Part shown: one piece after another, positions 8,496 through 17,393 of the stretch
Numbering within the stretch: position 1 is the stretch's first letter
Layout of the letters: each line of letters starts with the position of its first letter
NCBI GenBank assembly: GCA_025352885.1
Contig: JANXRZ010000235.1
Coordinates: forward strand, 1,856 to 65,855
Reading direction: 5' to 3'
Length of the DNA stretch: 64,000 nt
DNA from: Pseudomonadota bacterium
Lineage (GTDB): Bacteria > Pseudomonadota > Gammaproteobacteria > Burkholderiales > SG8-39
The notes under the pieces: model-generated
What the model was told of the DNA's origin: nothing
The model's database searches: none
Seen by the model: the letters and a program-made list of their open reading frames with translations, nothing else
Translations under genes and position numbers: made by a program

Positions 8496-9499
8496 ACCAA
8501 GGATCCCTTGACCGCGTGCCAGGATCGATGCGGCGGCGGGCGCCCGGACCGGTCGAAGTCATCAGGCACCGTCTTGTGCGTCAGTTCGAGCAATGCAAGG
8601 CGCCTTGCCAAGGCCTCATCCAGGCTGAACGAACGCAGATTCGTGGAGAAGAACAGCTCGCCGCCATGGACGAGAAGCGCGTAGCAGTGCTCGATCAGGG
8701 CGATGTGGTCGCGCTGGATATCGAGCACGCCCTGCATTTTCTTGGAGTTTGAAAACGAGGGCGGGTCGAGGACGATCACGTCGTATCGAACATCCCGTTG
8801 AAGGGCGTCCGCCAACCAGGCAAAGGCGTCTGCCCGGACGAGCAGGTGCCGCGAGGGATCGAGTGCGTTGAGCGCAAGGTTGCGCGCGGTCCACGCCTGA
8901 TACGTATTCGAAAGGTCGACCGTTTCCGATCGGCGTGCGCCGGCGAGCGCCGCATAGACTGAAAAGCTCCCGGTATAGGCAAACAGGTTGAGGAACCGGA
9001 CGTCCCTCCCGTGCCTGGACCGTGCCGCGACGCTCTGTGCCGCAAGCGCCCGGGTCAACCGGTGATCGAGAAAGAGACCGGTGTCGAGGTAGGTGTCGAA
9101 ATTGACCTCAAACCGGTGCCCCGATTCCTCCACAACGAAAGCTTGCGCCGCCTCGTCGAGCTTTTCGTACTGGGATGACCCGCGCTGGCGCTCGCGGCGC
9201 TTGAGGTGCAGCTGCGTAGCCGGGACGTCACACGCCTCGATGATCGCTTCGCACACCGCCGTCAGCCACGCGGTGTACTCGGCGTCGCTCATTTTCCAGC
9301 CGGTGTCGATCTCCTGCACGTGCAAGTGCGTTTCGGATCGCGGCGAGACGGCCTCGAACAAGTCGATTGCGAAGGGGAACTGGGGCACGTCCCGGTCATA
9401 GACCCGGAAGCAGGAGATGCCGCGCCGCCGGGCCCATTTTCGCCAATGGGCAAGATTTTTGCGCAACCTGTTGCCAAAGACAGACACGTCCGGCTTCAT
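8492..9499 (-). CDS. Stand-alone RlmK-like 23S rRNA methyltransferase (C-terminal half of RlmKL)
   Basis: FGNRLRKN, FRVYDRD.P, YLDTGLFLDHR, FLNLFAYTG, VDLSNTY, LDPPSFSNSKKM motifs. Confidence 0.85.
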   Translation of the reverse strand: MKPDVSVFGNRLRKNLAHWRKWARRRGISCFRVYDRDVPQFPFAIDLFEAVSPRSETHLHVQEIDTGWKMSDAEYTAWLTAVCEAIIEACDVPATQLHLKRRERQRGSSQYEKLDEAAQAFVVEESGHRFEVNFDTYLDTGLFLDHRLTRALAAQSVAARSRHGRDVRFLNLFAYTGSFSVYAALAGARRSETVDLSNTYQAWTARNLALNALDPSRHLLVRADAFAWLADALQRDVRYDVIVLDPPSFSNSKKMQGVLDIQRDHIALIEHCYALLVHGGELFFSTNLRSFSLDEALARRLALLELTHKTVPDDFDRSGRPPPHRSWHAVKGSLV

Positions 9500-9721
9500 G
9501 GCCGCGCCGAGACGAAGTACTTCATGTCCGGACCCATGGAATCAACCCGCATCTTAGCCGGGAGGGGCCGCGTGGAATATCGCTTTGCAACCTTCCTCGG
9601 CGTGCTGTCGGTCGGTGCCGGCATTCTCAATGCGGCAAGCATGAGCTACTGACCTGCCCGGTTTCGGCTATCCTTTGGCTGTCCGCGGGATTTTCGACCC
9701 ACCCACAAGGAGTACGTCGAA

Positions 9722-9886
9722 TTGGCCAAGCCAAATTTCCAGTACGAAAAGCGCCAGAAAGAACTTGCCAAAAAGAAAAAGCAGGAAGAAAAGCGCCTGA
9801 AGAAACAAGCCTCCAAGGCCGGCGCAGAGCCCGAAGTCGGCACCGAGCCCGAGCCGCCGAAGGACGAGAGCAAACCGGCAGGCTGA
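9722..9886 (+). CDS. Small Lys/Glu-rich protein, 54 aa (MAKPNFQYEKRQKELAKKKKQEEK...), absent from the ORF track
   Basis: SD AAGGAG before a TTG start; followed by a terminator; N-terminus matches a small proteobacterial MAKPNY.FEKRQ family as I recall it. Confidence 0.8.
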   Translation: MAKPNFQYEKRQKELAKKKKQEEKRLKKQASKAGAEPEVGTEPEPPKDESKPAG

Positions 9887-9900
9887 GCACCTGCAGGCCC

Positions 9901-9938
9901 AAAAGAAAAGCCCGGGCGAACCGGGCTTTTCCTTTTCC
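9901..9938. terminator. Bidirectional intrinsic terminator
   Basis: AAAAGAAAAGCCCGG-GCGAA-CCGGGCTTTTCCTTTT between convergent genes. Confidence 0.85.
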
Positions 9939-9951
9939 GGCGGCTGAACGC

Positions 9952-10800
9952 TCAGCCGCTGTGCGCGACGACCTTCTGCCTTTGCTGGCCGAGGCCCTGG
10001 ATGCCAAGGGTCATGACGTCGCCAACCTTGAGGAAGACCGGATCGGGCTTGACGCCCATGCCCACGCCGGGCGGCGTGCCGGTCGTGATGATGTCACCGG
10101 GAAGCAGCGTCATGTACTGGCTGACATACGAGACGAGGTGTGCGCATCCGAAAATCATCGTGCGGGTGTTTCCACCTTGCATGCGCTTGCCGTTCAGGTC
10201 GAGGAACATGTCTAGTACCTGCGGATCGGGAATCTCGTCGGTGGTGACCAGCCAGGGCCCGATCGGACCGAACGTATCGTAACCCTTGCCCTTGTCCCAT
10301 TGGGAAGACTGCAACTGGAAAGCGCGCTCCGAGACGTCGTTGACGACGCAATAGCCGGCAACGTGCTCGAGCGCCTTGTCCATGGAAACGTGGCGGGCCT
10401 TGGTCCCGATGACGATGGCCAGTTCGACTTCCCAGTCGAGCTTGGTCGATGCCGGCGGCTGGATGACGTCGTCATCCGGCCCGGTGATGCAGGTGGTGGC
10501 CTTGCTGAAAATGATTGGCTCGCTCGGGATTGCCATGCCAGCTTCCTTGGCATGGTCGGAGTAGTTGAGGCCGATCGCGACGAACTTGCCAATCCCTACG
10601 TAGGGCACACCCATGCGCGGATTGCCGGTGACCAAAGGCAGCGTCTCAGGCTTGATGCGCGCGAGGTTCTTGAGCCCGCGCGGCGAGATCTCGTTCGGGC
10701 CGATATTGCCCACGACTTTCGACAGGTCGCGCAATTTGCCGTCCGCGTCGATCATGCCCGGCTTTTCGAAGCCTTCCTTGCCATAGCGACATAATTTCAT
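9952..10800 (-). CDS. Fumarylacetoacetate hydrolase family protein, probable 2,4-diketo-3-deoxy sugar-acid hydrolase
   Basis: IGLNYSDHA.E, LDWEVEL, NDVSER, WDKGKG.DTFGPIGPW, TGTPPGVG motifs; sugar-acid cluster context. Confidence 0.9.
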   Translation of the reverse strand: MKLCRYGKEGFEKPGMIDADGKLRDLSKVVGNIGPNEISPRGLKNLARIKPETLPLVTGNPRMGVPYVGIGKFVAIGLNYSDHAKEAGMAIPSEPIIFSKATTCITGPDDDVIQPPASTKLDWEVELAIVIGTKARHVSMDKALEHVAGYCVVNDVSERAFQLQSSQWDKGKGYDTFGPIGPWLVTTDEIPDPQVLDMFLDLNGKRMQGGNTRTMIFGCAHLVSYVSQYMTLLPGDIITTGTPPGVGMGVKPDPVFLKVGDVMTLGIQGLGQQRQKVVAHSG

Positions 10801-10818
10801 TCAGTTCTCCCCAAAAAT

Positions 10819-11571
10819 TCAGATAGTCATGCCGCCATCGACCGAGTACATGTTCCCGGTGGCGAATTTCGATTCGTCGGAGGCGAGGAACACGACGATG
10901 CCCGTGATGTCCTCGACACTACCCAGTCGCCCCATGGGCTGGCGCGCGATGAAATCCTTTTTTGCCTGCACGGGATCGGCGAAAGCATTGATGCGGTCGT
11001 GCAAGGAGGGCGTGTCCACGGTTCCTGGTCCGATGGCGTTACAGCGGACGCCTTGCTTTACATAATCGGCGGCAATGGCCTTCGTCAGCCCGATCACTGC
11101 GGCCTTCGAGGCGCCATAGACAAACCGGTTGGGCAGGCCTTTCACGCTCGAAGCGATCGACGACATATTAATGATTGATCCCCCGCCCTTGGCGAGCATC
11201 CCGGGCAGGAAAGCCCGGCAGGTGTAATACATCGAGCGAACGTTGAGGTTGAAACTGAAGTCCCAGTCCTTGGGGCTGCACTCGAAAATCGTCCCTTGGT
11301 GCACATAGCCGGCGCAATTGAAGAGAATGTCGATGGCGCCAATGTCGCGGGCCACTGTGTTCACCGCCTCTTCGTCCATGACATCGAGCACGCGCGTCCT
11401 GATGCCGGACCTGCCTTCGAGTTCGGATAGTGTGCGGGCATTGACATCCGTGGCCCACACCGTTGCGCCTTCGCGGGCAAATGCCTCCGCAGTCGCGCGT
11501 CCGATTCCCTGCCCTGCGGCGGTGATCACCGCAGTCTTGCCTGCGAGTCTGCCTGACAAAGTGCTCTCCAC
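10819..11571 (-). CDS. SDR, 2-keto-3-deoxy-L-fuconate dehydrogenase-like (BDH2-type)
   Basis: TAAGQGIG, LFNCAGYVHQG, NRFVYGASKAAVIGLTK, PGTVDTPSL, FIARQPMGRLG motifs. Confidence 0.85.
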   Translation of the reverse strand: MESTLSGRLAGKTAVITAAGQGIGRATAEAFAREGATVWATDVNARTLSELEGRSGIRTRVLDVMDEEAVNTVARDIGAIDILFNCAGYVHQGTIFECSPKDWDFSFNLNVRSMYYTCRAFLPGMLAKGGGSIINMSSIASSVKGLPNRFVYGASKAAVIGLTKAIAADYVKQGVRCNAIGPGTVDTPSLHDRINAFADPVQAKKDFIARQPMGRLGSVEDITGIVVFLASDESKFATGNMYSVDGGMTI

Positions 11572-11677
11572 GATTCGCGTAGGCCGCTGTTCGGGCTCTG
11601 CGGCGAGGGCGGATTATAACAACGCCTTACCGGCGATGCGCCGCGCCTCAACGGACCTTCAGGAGACGGCTAAGGGG

Positions 11678-11695
11678 AAATTGGCCTGACCACTT
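11678..11695. promoter_or_regulatory. Putative FadR/GntR-family operator
   Basis: AAATTGGCCTGACCACTT resembles the PdhR/LldR-type AATTGGNNNNACCAATT box; lies between the divergent SDR and GntR genes. Confidence 0.7.
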
Positions 11696-11771
11696 GACCA
11701 GCATCTTTCGCGTTGCTAGTCTGGCCGCAGCCGGTCCGTGCAAGTCCAATGAAGACCGGCCCCCGAGACAT

Positions 11772-12473
11772 ATGCCAATCCAGACAGTCGAGCCGCGTCG
11801 CCTTTACAGGCAGATCGCAGACCAGATCCGCACGCTGATCGCCGAGGGCGAATACACGCCGGGCGAACGCCTGCCGCCCGAACGGGACCTCGCCAAGCAA
11901 CTCGGCGTCTCGCGTCCGTCGCTGCGTGAAGCGCTCATTGCGCTCGAAATCGAGACGCTGCTCGATGTCCGCGTCGGATCGGGGATCTACGTGACACGCG
12001 CCGGCCAATTCGACGGGGGCACCGAACTTCACGGAGCCTCCGGGCCGTTCGAAGTCATGCGCGCGCGCAGGCTCATCGAAGGCGAGTGCGCGGCTCTTGC
12101 AGCCCGCCTCGCGACACCTCAGCAGGTGCGCGCGATGCGTGCAGCGCATTCGACAATCGTTGAAGAGGCCAAGCGCGACCACAACCCGCTCGACGCCGAT
12201 CGCCAGTTCCATGTGCGCATTGCCGAAGCCGGGGGAAACAGCGCCTTGGTGCTCGTCGTGCAGACACTGTGGGACCAGCGCATGGGACCGCTGTATCGGA
12301 CGCTCGAGCGCAAGCTCGAATACCCGATGATGGCCGCCGATACGATCCGGGAGCACAAGGCGGTTATTTCGGCGATCGCCCGGCACGATGTCCGGGGCGC
12401 CCGGCGGGCAATGCACCACCATATGGATATGACGATGAAACGCTACAGCAAGGATTGGAAGGTGGAGCAATGA
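11772..12473 (+). CDS. GntR/FadR-family transcriptional regulator (FCD domain)
   Basis: RLYRQIADQI, RLPPERDLA..LGVSRPSLREAL, DRQFH motifs. Confidence 0.93.
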   Translation: MPIQTVEPRRLYRQIADQIRTLIAEGEYTPGERLPPERDLAKQLGVSRPSLREALIALEIETLLDVRVGSGIYVTRAGQFDGGTELHGASGPFEVMRARRLIEGECAALAARLATPQQVRAMRAAHSTIVEEAKRDHNPLDADRQFHVRIAEAGGNSALVLVVQTLWDQRMGPLYRTLERKLEYPMMAADTIREHKAVISAIARHDVRGARRAMHHHMDMTMKRYSKDWKVEQ

Positions 12474-12474
12474 A

Positions 12475-13524
12475 ATGGCAGCCGTAGCGCTTAGCGGGGT
12501 GTATAAATCCTTCGGTTCCACGCCGGTAGTGCATGGCGTGGATATCGAGATCGCAGACGGGGAGTTTTGCGTACTCGTCGGGCCTTCGGGGTGCGGTAAA
12601 TCGACACTCCTGCGCATGATCGCCGGGCTGGAGGAGATTTCCGGCGGCGACATCCGTATCGGGACGCGCGTGGTCAATAACGTCGCCCCAAAAGAACGCG
12701 ATATTGCGATGGTGTTCCAGAATTACGCGCTGTATCCGCACATGACAGTGCAGGACAACATGGGGTTCAGCCTCAAGCTCGCGGGTGAATCTTCGACTGC
12801 GATCAGGAAGCGGGTAAACGAGGCTGCATCCATCCTCGGACTGACCGACTATCTCGCCCGCTATCCCCGCCAACTCTCGGGTGGCCAACGCCAGCGCGTC
12901 GCAATGGGTCGCGCCATCGTCCGTAAGCCCCAGGTCTTCCTGTTCGACGAGCCGCTGTCGAACTTGGACGCCAAGCTGCGCGTGCAGATGCGGACCGAGA
13001 TCAAGGCGCTGCACCAAAGGCTCAAGACGACCTCGATCTATGTAACGCACGACCAGATCGAGGCCATGACGATGGCCGACAAAATCGTCGTTATGAATGG
13101 CGGCAAGACCGAGCAGGTCGGCTCGCCGCTCGAGCTTTACGACAACCCGGCCAACCTCTTCGTTGCGGGCTTCATCGGGTCACCGGCCATGAATTTCCTG
13201 ACCGGCAAAGTCACCGCCGATGGCGTCACGGTAGGGCCCGGTTTGCATCTTCCGTTGCCCGGCAAGTCGGCTGTCGCGCCAGGCACTGAGGTGATTGTCG
13301 GCGTTCGTCCCGAGCACCTCGTCGTTTCGGCAGCCGGGCTTCCGGTCGAAGTGGTCGTGGTAGAGCCTACCGGCGCCGATACGCAAATCTTCTGCAAGCT
13401 CGCCGGCATGGACATCAACGCGGTTGTGCGCGAGCGCCACGAATTCCGTCCGGGCGAGACCATCCGCCTGGCGGCCCAGTCCACATTCCTGTTCGATCCC
13501 GCGAGCGGAGCAAGGCTCGCCTGA
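12475..13524 (+). CDS. Carbohydrate ABC transporter ATP-binding subunit (MalK/UgpC type)
   Basis: Walker A GPSGCGKST, VFQNYALYPHM, LSGGQRQRVA, DEPLSNLDAKLR. Confidence 0.95.
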   Translation: MAAVALSGVYKSFGSTPVVHGVDIEIADGEFCVLVGPSGCGKSTLLRMIAGLEEISGGDIRIGTRVVNNVAPKERDIAMVFQNYALYPHMTVQDNMGFSLKLAGESSTAIRKRVNEAASILGLTDYLARYPRQLSGGQRQRVAMGRAIVRKPQVFLFDEPLSNLDAKLRVQMRTEIKALHQRLKTTSIYVTHDQIEAMTMADKIVVMNGGKTEQVGSPLELYDNPANLFVAGFIGSPAMNFLTGKVTADGVTVGPGLHLPLPGKSAVAPGTEVIVGVRPEHLVVSAAGLPVEVVVVEPTGADTQIFCKLAGMDINAVVRERHEFRPGETIRLAAQSTFLFDPASGARLA

Positions 13525-13555
13525 TTTTTTTGTTGACCTACCAGAGGAGGGCAGC

Positions 13556-14875
13556 ATGAGCAACATGAAGCGCAGGGATTTTCTGAAGGTGTCGGCGGGC
13601 GTTGCCGCAGGCGCGGCCACCCCGATGATCTGGGTGAAGGATGCCAACGCCCAGTGGAACAACCAGCCGGAAAAAGGCGCAAAGCTGCGCGTGCTGCGCT
13701 GGAGCCGGTTCGTGCAGGGCGATATCGACCAATACATGGCGAACGTCAAGAAGTTCACCGAGAAGACCGGCATCGAAGTGCGTGTGGACAGCGAAAGCTG
13801 GGAGGATGTGCGTCCCAAGGCGGCCGTGGCGGCAAACACCGGCGCGGGTCCCGACATCGTGCTCGGCACCTATGATGACGCCAATCTCTATCCGGACAAG
13901 CTGCTGGACGTCACCGACGTCTGCACCTATCTCGGCAAAAAGTATGGCGGCTGGTACCCGACCTGCGAAACGTACCTCAAGCCGGACGGCAAGAAGTGGA
14001 TCGGTGTACCGCTCGGCGCAGGCGGCAGCATGATCGTTTACCGTGAAAGCCATATCAAGGCGGCCGGGTTTAACAGTTTCCCGAAGACAACCGACGACTT
14101 CCTCAAGTTGATGAAGGCGCTCAAGGCGAAGGGAACGCCGGGCGGGTTTGCTCTGGGGCACGCCACGGGGGACGCGAATACGTGGTGTCACTGGCTGGTG
14201 TGGACGTTCGGCGGCAAGATGGTCGACAAGAACAACAAGGTGGTCATCAACAGCCCGGAAACCATCCGTGCGCTGGAGTATGCCAAGGAGCTCTACGCCA
14301 CCTTCATTCCCGGCACGCTGTCATGGCTCGACCCGAGCAACAACAAGGTCTTCCTCGACGAACAGATTTCCGTGACCAACAACGGCATCTCGGTCTACTA
14401 CGCGACGAAGAATTCGAAGGATCCCAAGGTCAGCGCGCTCCAGGCGGACGTCAACCACGCCGCCTATCCTGCAGGCCCCGCCGGCGTCTCGACTGCCTGC
14501 CACCTATTCTTCAACCAGATGATCTTCAAGTACACGAAGTATCCGAAGGCGGCCAAGGAGTTCCTGCGCTTCATGATGGAAGACGAGCAGTACGGCGCAT
14601 GGCTGCAGGCCTCGATCGGATATGTCGCGCACCCGCTGGTGGCCTACGAGAAGAACCCGATCTGGAGCGTCGACCCGAAGCACACGCCGTATCGCGACAG
14701 CTGCAAGGAATTGCGGCCCGCGGGCTACGACGGGAAGCTGGGATACGCCTCGGCGGGCGTGCTGGCCGACTTCATCATCGTCGACATGGTCGCCGAAGCG
14801 GCGAGCGGGTCGAAGTCACCGAAAGAAGCTGCCGAACGCGCGCAGAAGCGTGCCGAGCGGTATTACAAGGTCTAA
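13556..14875 (+). CDS. Carbohydrate ABC transporter substrate-binding protein with Tat signal
   Basis: SD GAGGAGG; twin-arginine KRRDFLK signal; GPDIV motif; sits between ATPase and permeases. Confidence 0.9.
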   Translation: MSNMKRRDFLKVSAGVAAGAATPMIWVKDANAQWNNQPEKGAKLRVLRWSRFVQGDIDQYMANVKKFTEKTGIEVRVDSESWEDVRPKAAVAANTGAGPDIVLGTYDDANLYPDKLLDVTDVCTYLGKKYGGWYPTCETYLKPDGKKWIGVPLGAGGSMIVYRESHIKAAGFNSFPKTTDDFLKLMKALKAKGTPGGFALGHATGDANTWCHWLVWTFGGKMVDKNNKVVINSPETIRALEYAKELYATFIPGTLSWLDPSNNKVFLDEQISVTNNGISVYYATKNSKDPKVSALQADVNHAAYPAGPAGVSTACHLFFNQMIFKYTKYPKAAKEFLRFMMEDEQYGAWLQASIGYVAHPLVAYEKNPIWSVDPKHTPYRDSCKELRPAGYDGKLGYASAGVLADFIIVDMVAEAASGSKSPKEAAERAQKRAERYYKV

Positions 14876-15775
14876 ATGAAAAACTGGCTGGACAACCGGA
14901 ACGTTCTCGGGGGGCTTTTCATGCTCCCCGCGGGCGCCCTGTTGCTCGTTTTCCTGACCTATCCGCTCGGCCTGGGCACCTGGCTTGGATTCACCGACGC
15001 AAAGATCGGACGCACGGGCGAGTGGATCGGCGCGGAAAACTTCGTTTTCCTTTTCGGCGACAGCATTGCGCGACTGTCCCTCTTCAATACGCTGTTCTAT
15101 ACCTTCGTCGCGAGCGTTCTCAAGTTCATGCTCGGCCTATGGCTCGCCCTGCTGCTCAATAAAAGCCTGCCTTTCAAGGCCTATATCCGCGCCGTAGTTC
15201 TGCTGCCTTTTATCGTGCCCACTGCCCTGTCGGCAATTGCCTTCTGGTGGCTCTACGATTCGCAATTTTCCGTTCTCTCGTGGTCCCTGTCGAAACTCGG
15301 CATCATCGACACGTATATCGATTTCCTAGGTGACCCCTGGATGGCCCGCCTCTCGACTATTGCCGCGAATGTCTGGCGGGGGGTCCCCTTTGTCGCGATC
15401 ACGCTGCTCGCGGGACTGCAGACGATTCCCCCATCGCTTTACGAGGCGGCGTCGCTGGACGGCGCGACCGAATGGCAGCGCTTCTGGTACATCACGCTTC
15501 CGATGCTCACGCCGATCATCGCGGTGGTGATGACGTTTTCCGTTCTCTTCACGTTTACCGACTTCCAGCTGATCTACGTGCTCACGCGCGGCGGCCCGCT
15601 GAACTCGACGCACCTGATGGCCACGCTCTCGTTTCAGCGCGCGATCCCAGGCGGCGCGCTTGGCGAAGGCGCCGCGCTTGCAACGGCGATGGTTCCTTTC
15701 CTGCTGGCGGCCATCCTGTTCAGCTACTTTGGCCTTCAACGCCGTAAATGGCAGCAGGGTGGAACCGATAAATGA
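14876..15775 (+). CDS. Carbohydrate ABC transporter permease
   Basis: Hydrophobic segments; EAA loop LYEAASLDGA. Confidence 0.93.
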   Translation: MKNWLDNRNVLGGLFMLPAGALLLVFLTYPLGLGTWLGFTDAKIGRTGEWIGAENFVFLFGDSIARLSLFNTLFYTFVASVLKFMLGLWLALLLNKSLPFKAYIRAVVLLPFIVPTALSAIAFWWLYDSQFSVLSWSLSKLGIIDTYIDFLGDPWMARLSTIAANVWRGVPFVAITLLAGLQTIPPSLYEAASLDGATEWQRFWYITLPMLTPIIAVVMTFSVLFTFTDFQLIYVLTRGGPLNSTHLMATLSFQRAIPGGALGEGAALATAMVPFLLAAILFSYFGLQRRKWQQGGTDK

Positions 15776-16644
15776 GCACGCAGACCGAAGACTCCAAGGG
15801 CATGGACTATCTCGACACCCGGTTACGCCGCTGGGTGACCGTCTACATCCCGCTTATCTGCTTTCTCGTGATCCTGCTGTTTCCGTTCTACTGGATGGCC
15901 ATGACCTCGTTCAAGTCGAACGAGGAGCTCGCCTCGAAAGCGGCCAATCCGTTCTGGATCGTTCACCCGACCCTTGCACATTTTGAAAAGCTCCTGCTGC
16001 ATACCGAGTATCCGCAGTGGATGTGGAACACGATCGTAGTCTCGGTCGTTTCGACCGTGACCTCGCTTGCGGCCAGCGTGTTTGCGGCTTACGCCATCGA
16101 GCGCCTGCGCTACCGCGGCTCGAAGCAGGTGGGGCTGTGCATTTTCCTCGCCTACCTCGTACCGCCCTCCATCCTGTTCATCCCTTTGGCAGCGATCGTT
16201 TTCCAGCTCGGGCTTTTCGACACCCGCTGGGCTCTGATCCTTACCTACCCCACCTTCCTCATCCCTTTCTGCACCTGGCTGCTGATGGGGTATTTCCGGT
16301 CGATTCCCTATGAGCTCGAAGAATGCGCGCTGATCGACGGGGCCACGCGCTGGCAGGTACTCACGAAGATCATCCTTCCGCTGGCCGTTCCCGGCCTGAT
16401 TTCGGCGGGCATCTTCGCCTTCACGCTGTCCTGGAACGAGTTCATCTACGCCCTGACCTTCATCTCCTCCTCGGAGACCAAGACGGTCCCAGTTGGTGTA
16501 GTGACCGAGCTGGTGGAAGGCGACGTGTATCACTGGGGCGCGCTCATGGCAGGGGCGCTGCTGGGCTCTTTGCCCGTCGCGGTGCTGTACTCGTTCTTTG
16601 TCGAATACTACGTCTCCGGGATGACCGGCGCCGTCAAGGAGTAA
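15772..16644 (+). CDS. Carbohydrate ABC transporter permease
   Basis: ELEECALIDGA, FTLSWNEF, C-terminal GMTGAVKE. Confidence 0.93.
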   Translation: MSTQTEDSKGMDYLDTRLRRWVTVYIPLICFLVILLFPFYWMAMTSFKSNEELASKAANPFWIVHPTLAHFEKLLLHTEYPQWMWNTIVVSVVSTVTSLAASVFAAYAIERLRYRGSKQVGLCIFLAYLVPPSILFIPLAAIVFQLGLFDTRWALILTYPTFLIPFCTWLLMGYFRSIPYELEECALIDGATRWQVLTKIILPLAVPGLISAGIFAFTLSWNEFIYALTFISSSETKTVPVGVVTELVEGDVYHWGALMAGALLGSLPVAVLYSFFVEYYVSGMTGAVKE

Positions 16645-16657
16645 CAGGAGCAGCGGA

Positions 16658-17359
16658 ATGAACCAACTCGATTTCAAAGGCCGCACCGCGATCGTAACCG
16701 GCGGCATGCAGGGCATCGGCGCAGCCATTGCAAAGCGCCTCGAAAGCTCCGGCGCTAAAGTCCGGATTTGGGACCTCGACGCGGAAGACAAGGTGGACGT
16801 GGCCGACCCTGCGTCCGTCCAGCGGGCGACGGCAAAAGCCATTGCCGATCTCGGGAAGATCGACGTCCTGGTGAACAACGCGGGCATCGCAGGCATGAAC
16901 GTGCCCACCGTGGACTATCCGATCGAAGAGTGGCTGCGCGTCCTGTCGATCAACCTCACGAGCCAGTTCCTGTGCTGCCGGGCCGTCGCGCCCCACATGG
17001 TAAAGGCGAAGTACGGACGCATCGTGAACATCGCCTCGATCGCGGGCAAGGAAGGCAACCCGAATGCGGTGGCCTATTCAGCGTCGAAAGCCGGCGTCAT
17101 CTCTCTAACCAAATCGATCGGCAAGGAGTTGGCGCAGACCGGTGTCCTCGCCAATTGCGTGACACCGGCCGCGGCAAAGACCGCCATCTTCGACCAGATG
17201 ACCGAGCAGCACATCAATTACATGTTGTCCAAGATACCGATGAACCGCTTCGTGCAGGTAGACGAGATCGCGGCGCTCGTGTGCTGGCTCGCCTCCGAGG
17301 ACTGTTCGTTCTCGACGGGTGCGGTCTTCGATATTTCCGGTGGCCGGGCCACTTACTGA
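16658..17359 (+). CDS. SDR, 2-keto-3-deoxy-L-rhamnonate dehydrogenase-like
   Basis: TGGMQGIG, NNAG, ASIAGKEGNPNA.AYSASKA, FSTGAVFDISGGRATY. Confidence 0.82.
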   Translation: MNQLDFKGRTAIVTGGMQGIGAAIAKRLESSGAKVRIWDLDAEDKVDVADPASVQRATAKAIADLGKIDVLVNNAGIAGMNVPTVDYPIEEWLRVLSINLTSQFLCCRAVAPHMVKAKYGRIVNIASIAGKEGNPNAVAYSASKAGVISLTKSIGKELAQTGVLANCVTPAAAKTAIFDQMTEQHINYMLSKIPMNRFVQVDEIAALVCWLASEDCSFSTGAVFDISGGRATY

Positions 17360-17393
17360 TACAGAAGAGTCCACACAACAGCGAAAGGCGGGC

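Noticed and set aside
16658-17359. Short SDR (233 aa) as a possible pseudogene
   Set aside because: Only the linker after the second strand is shortened; cofactor, NNAG and YxxxK motifs and the C-terminus are intact
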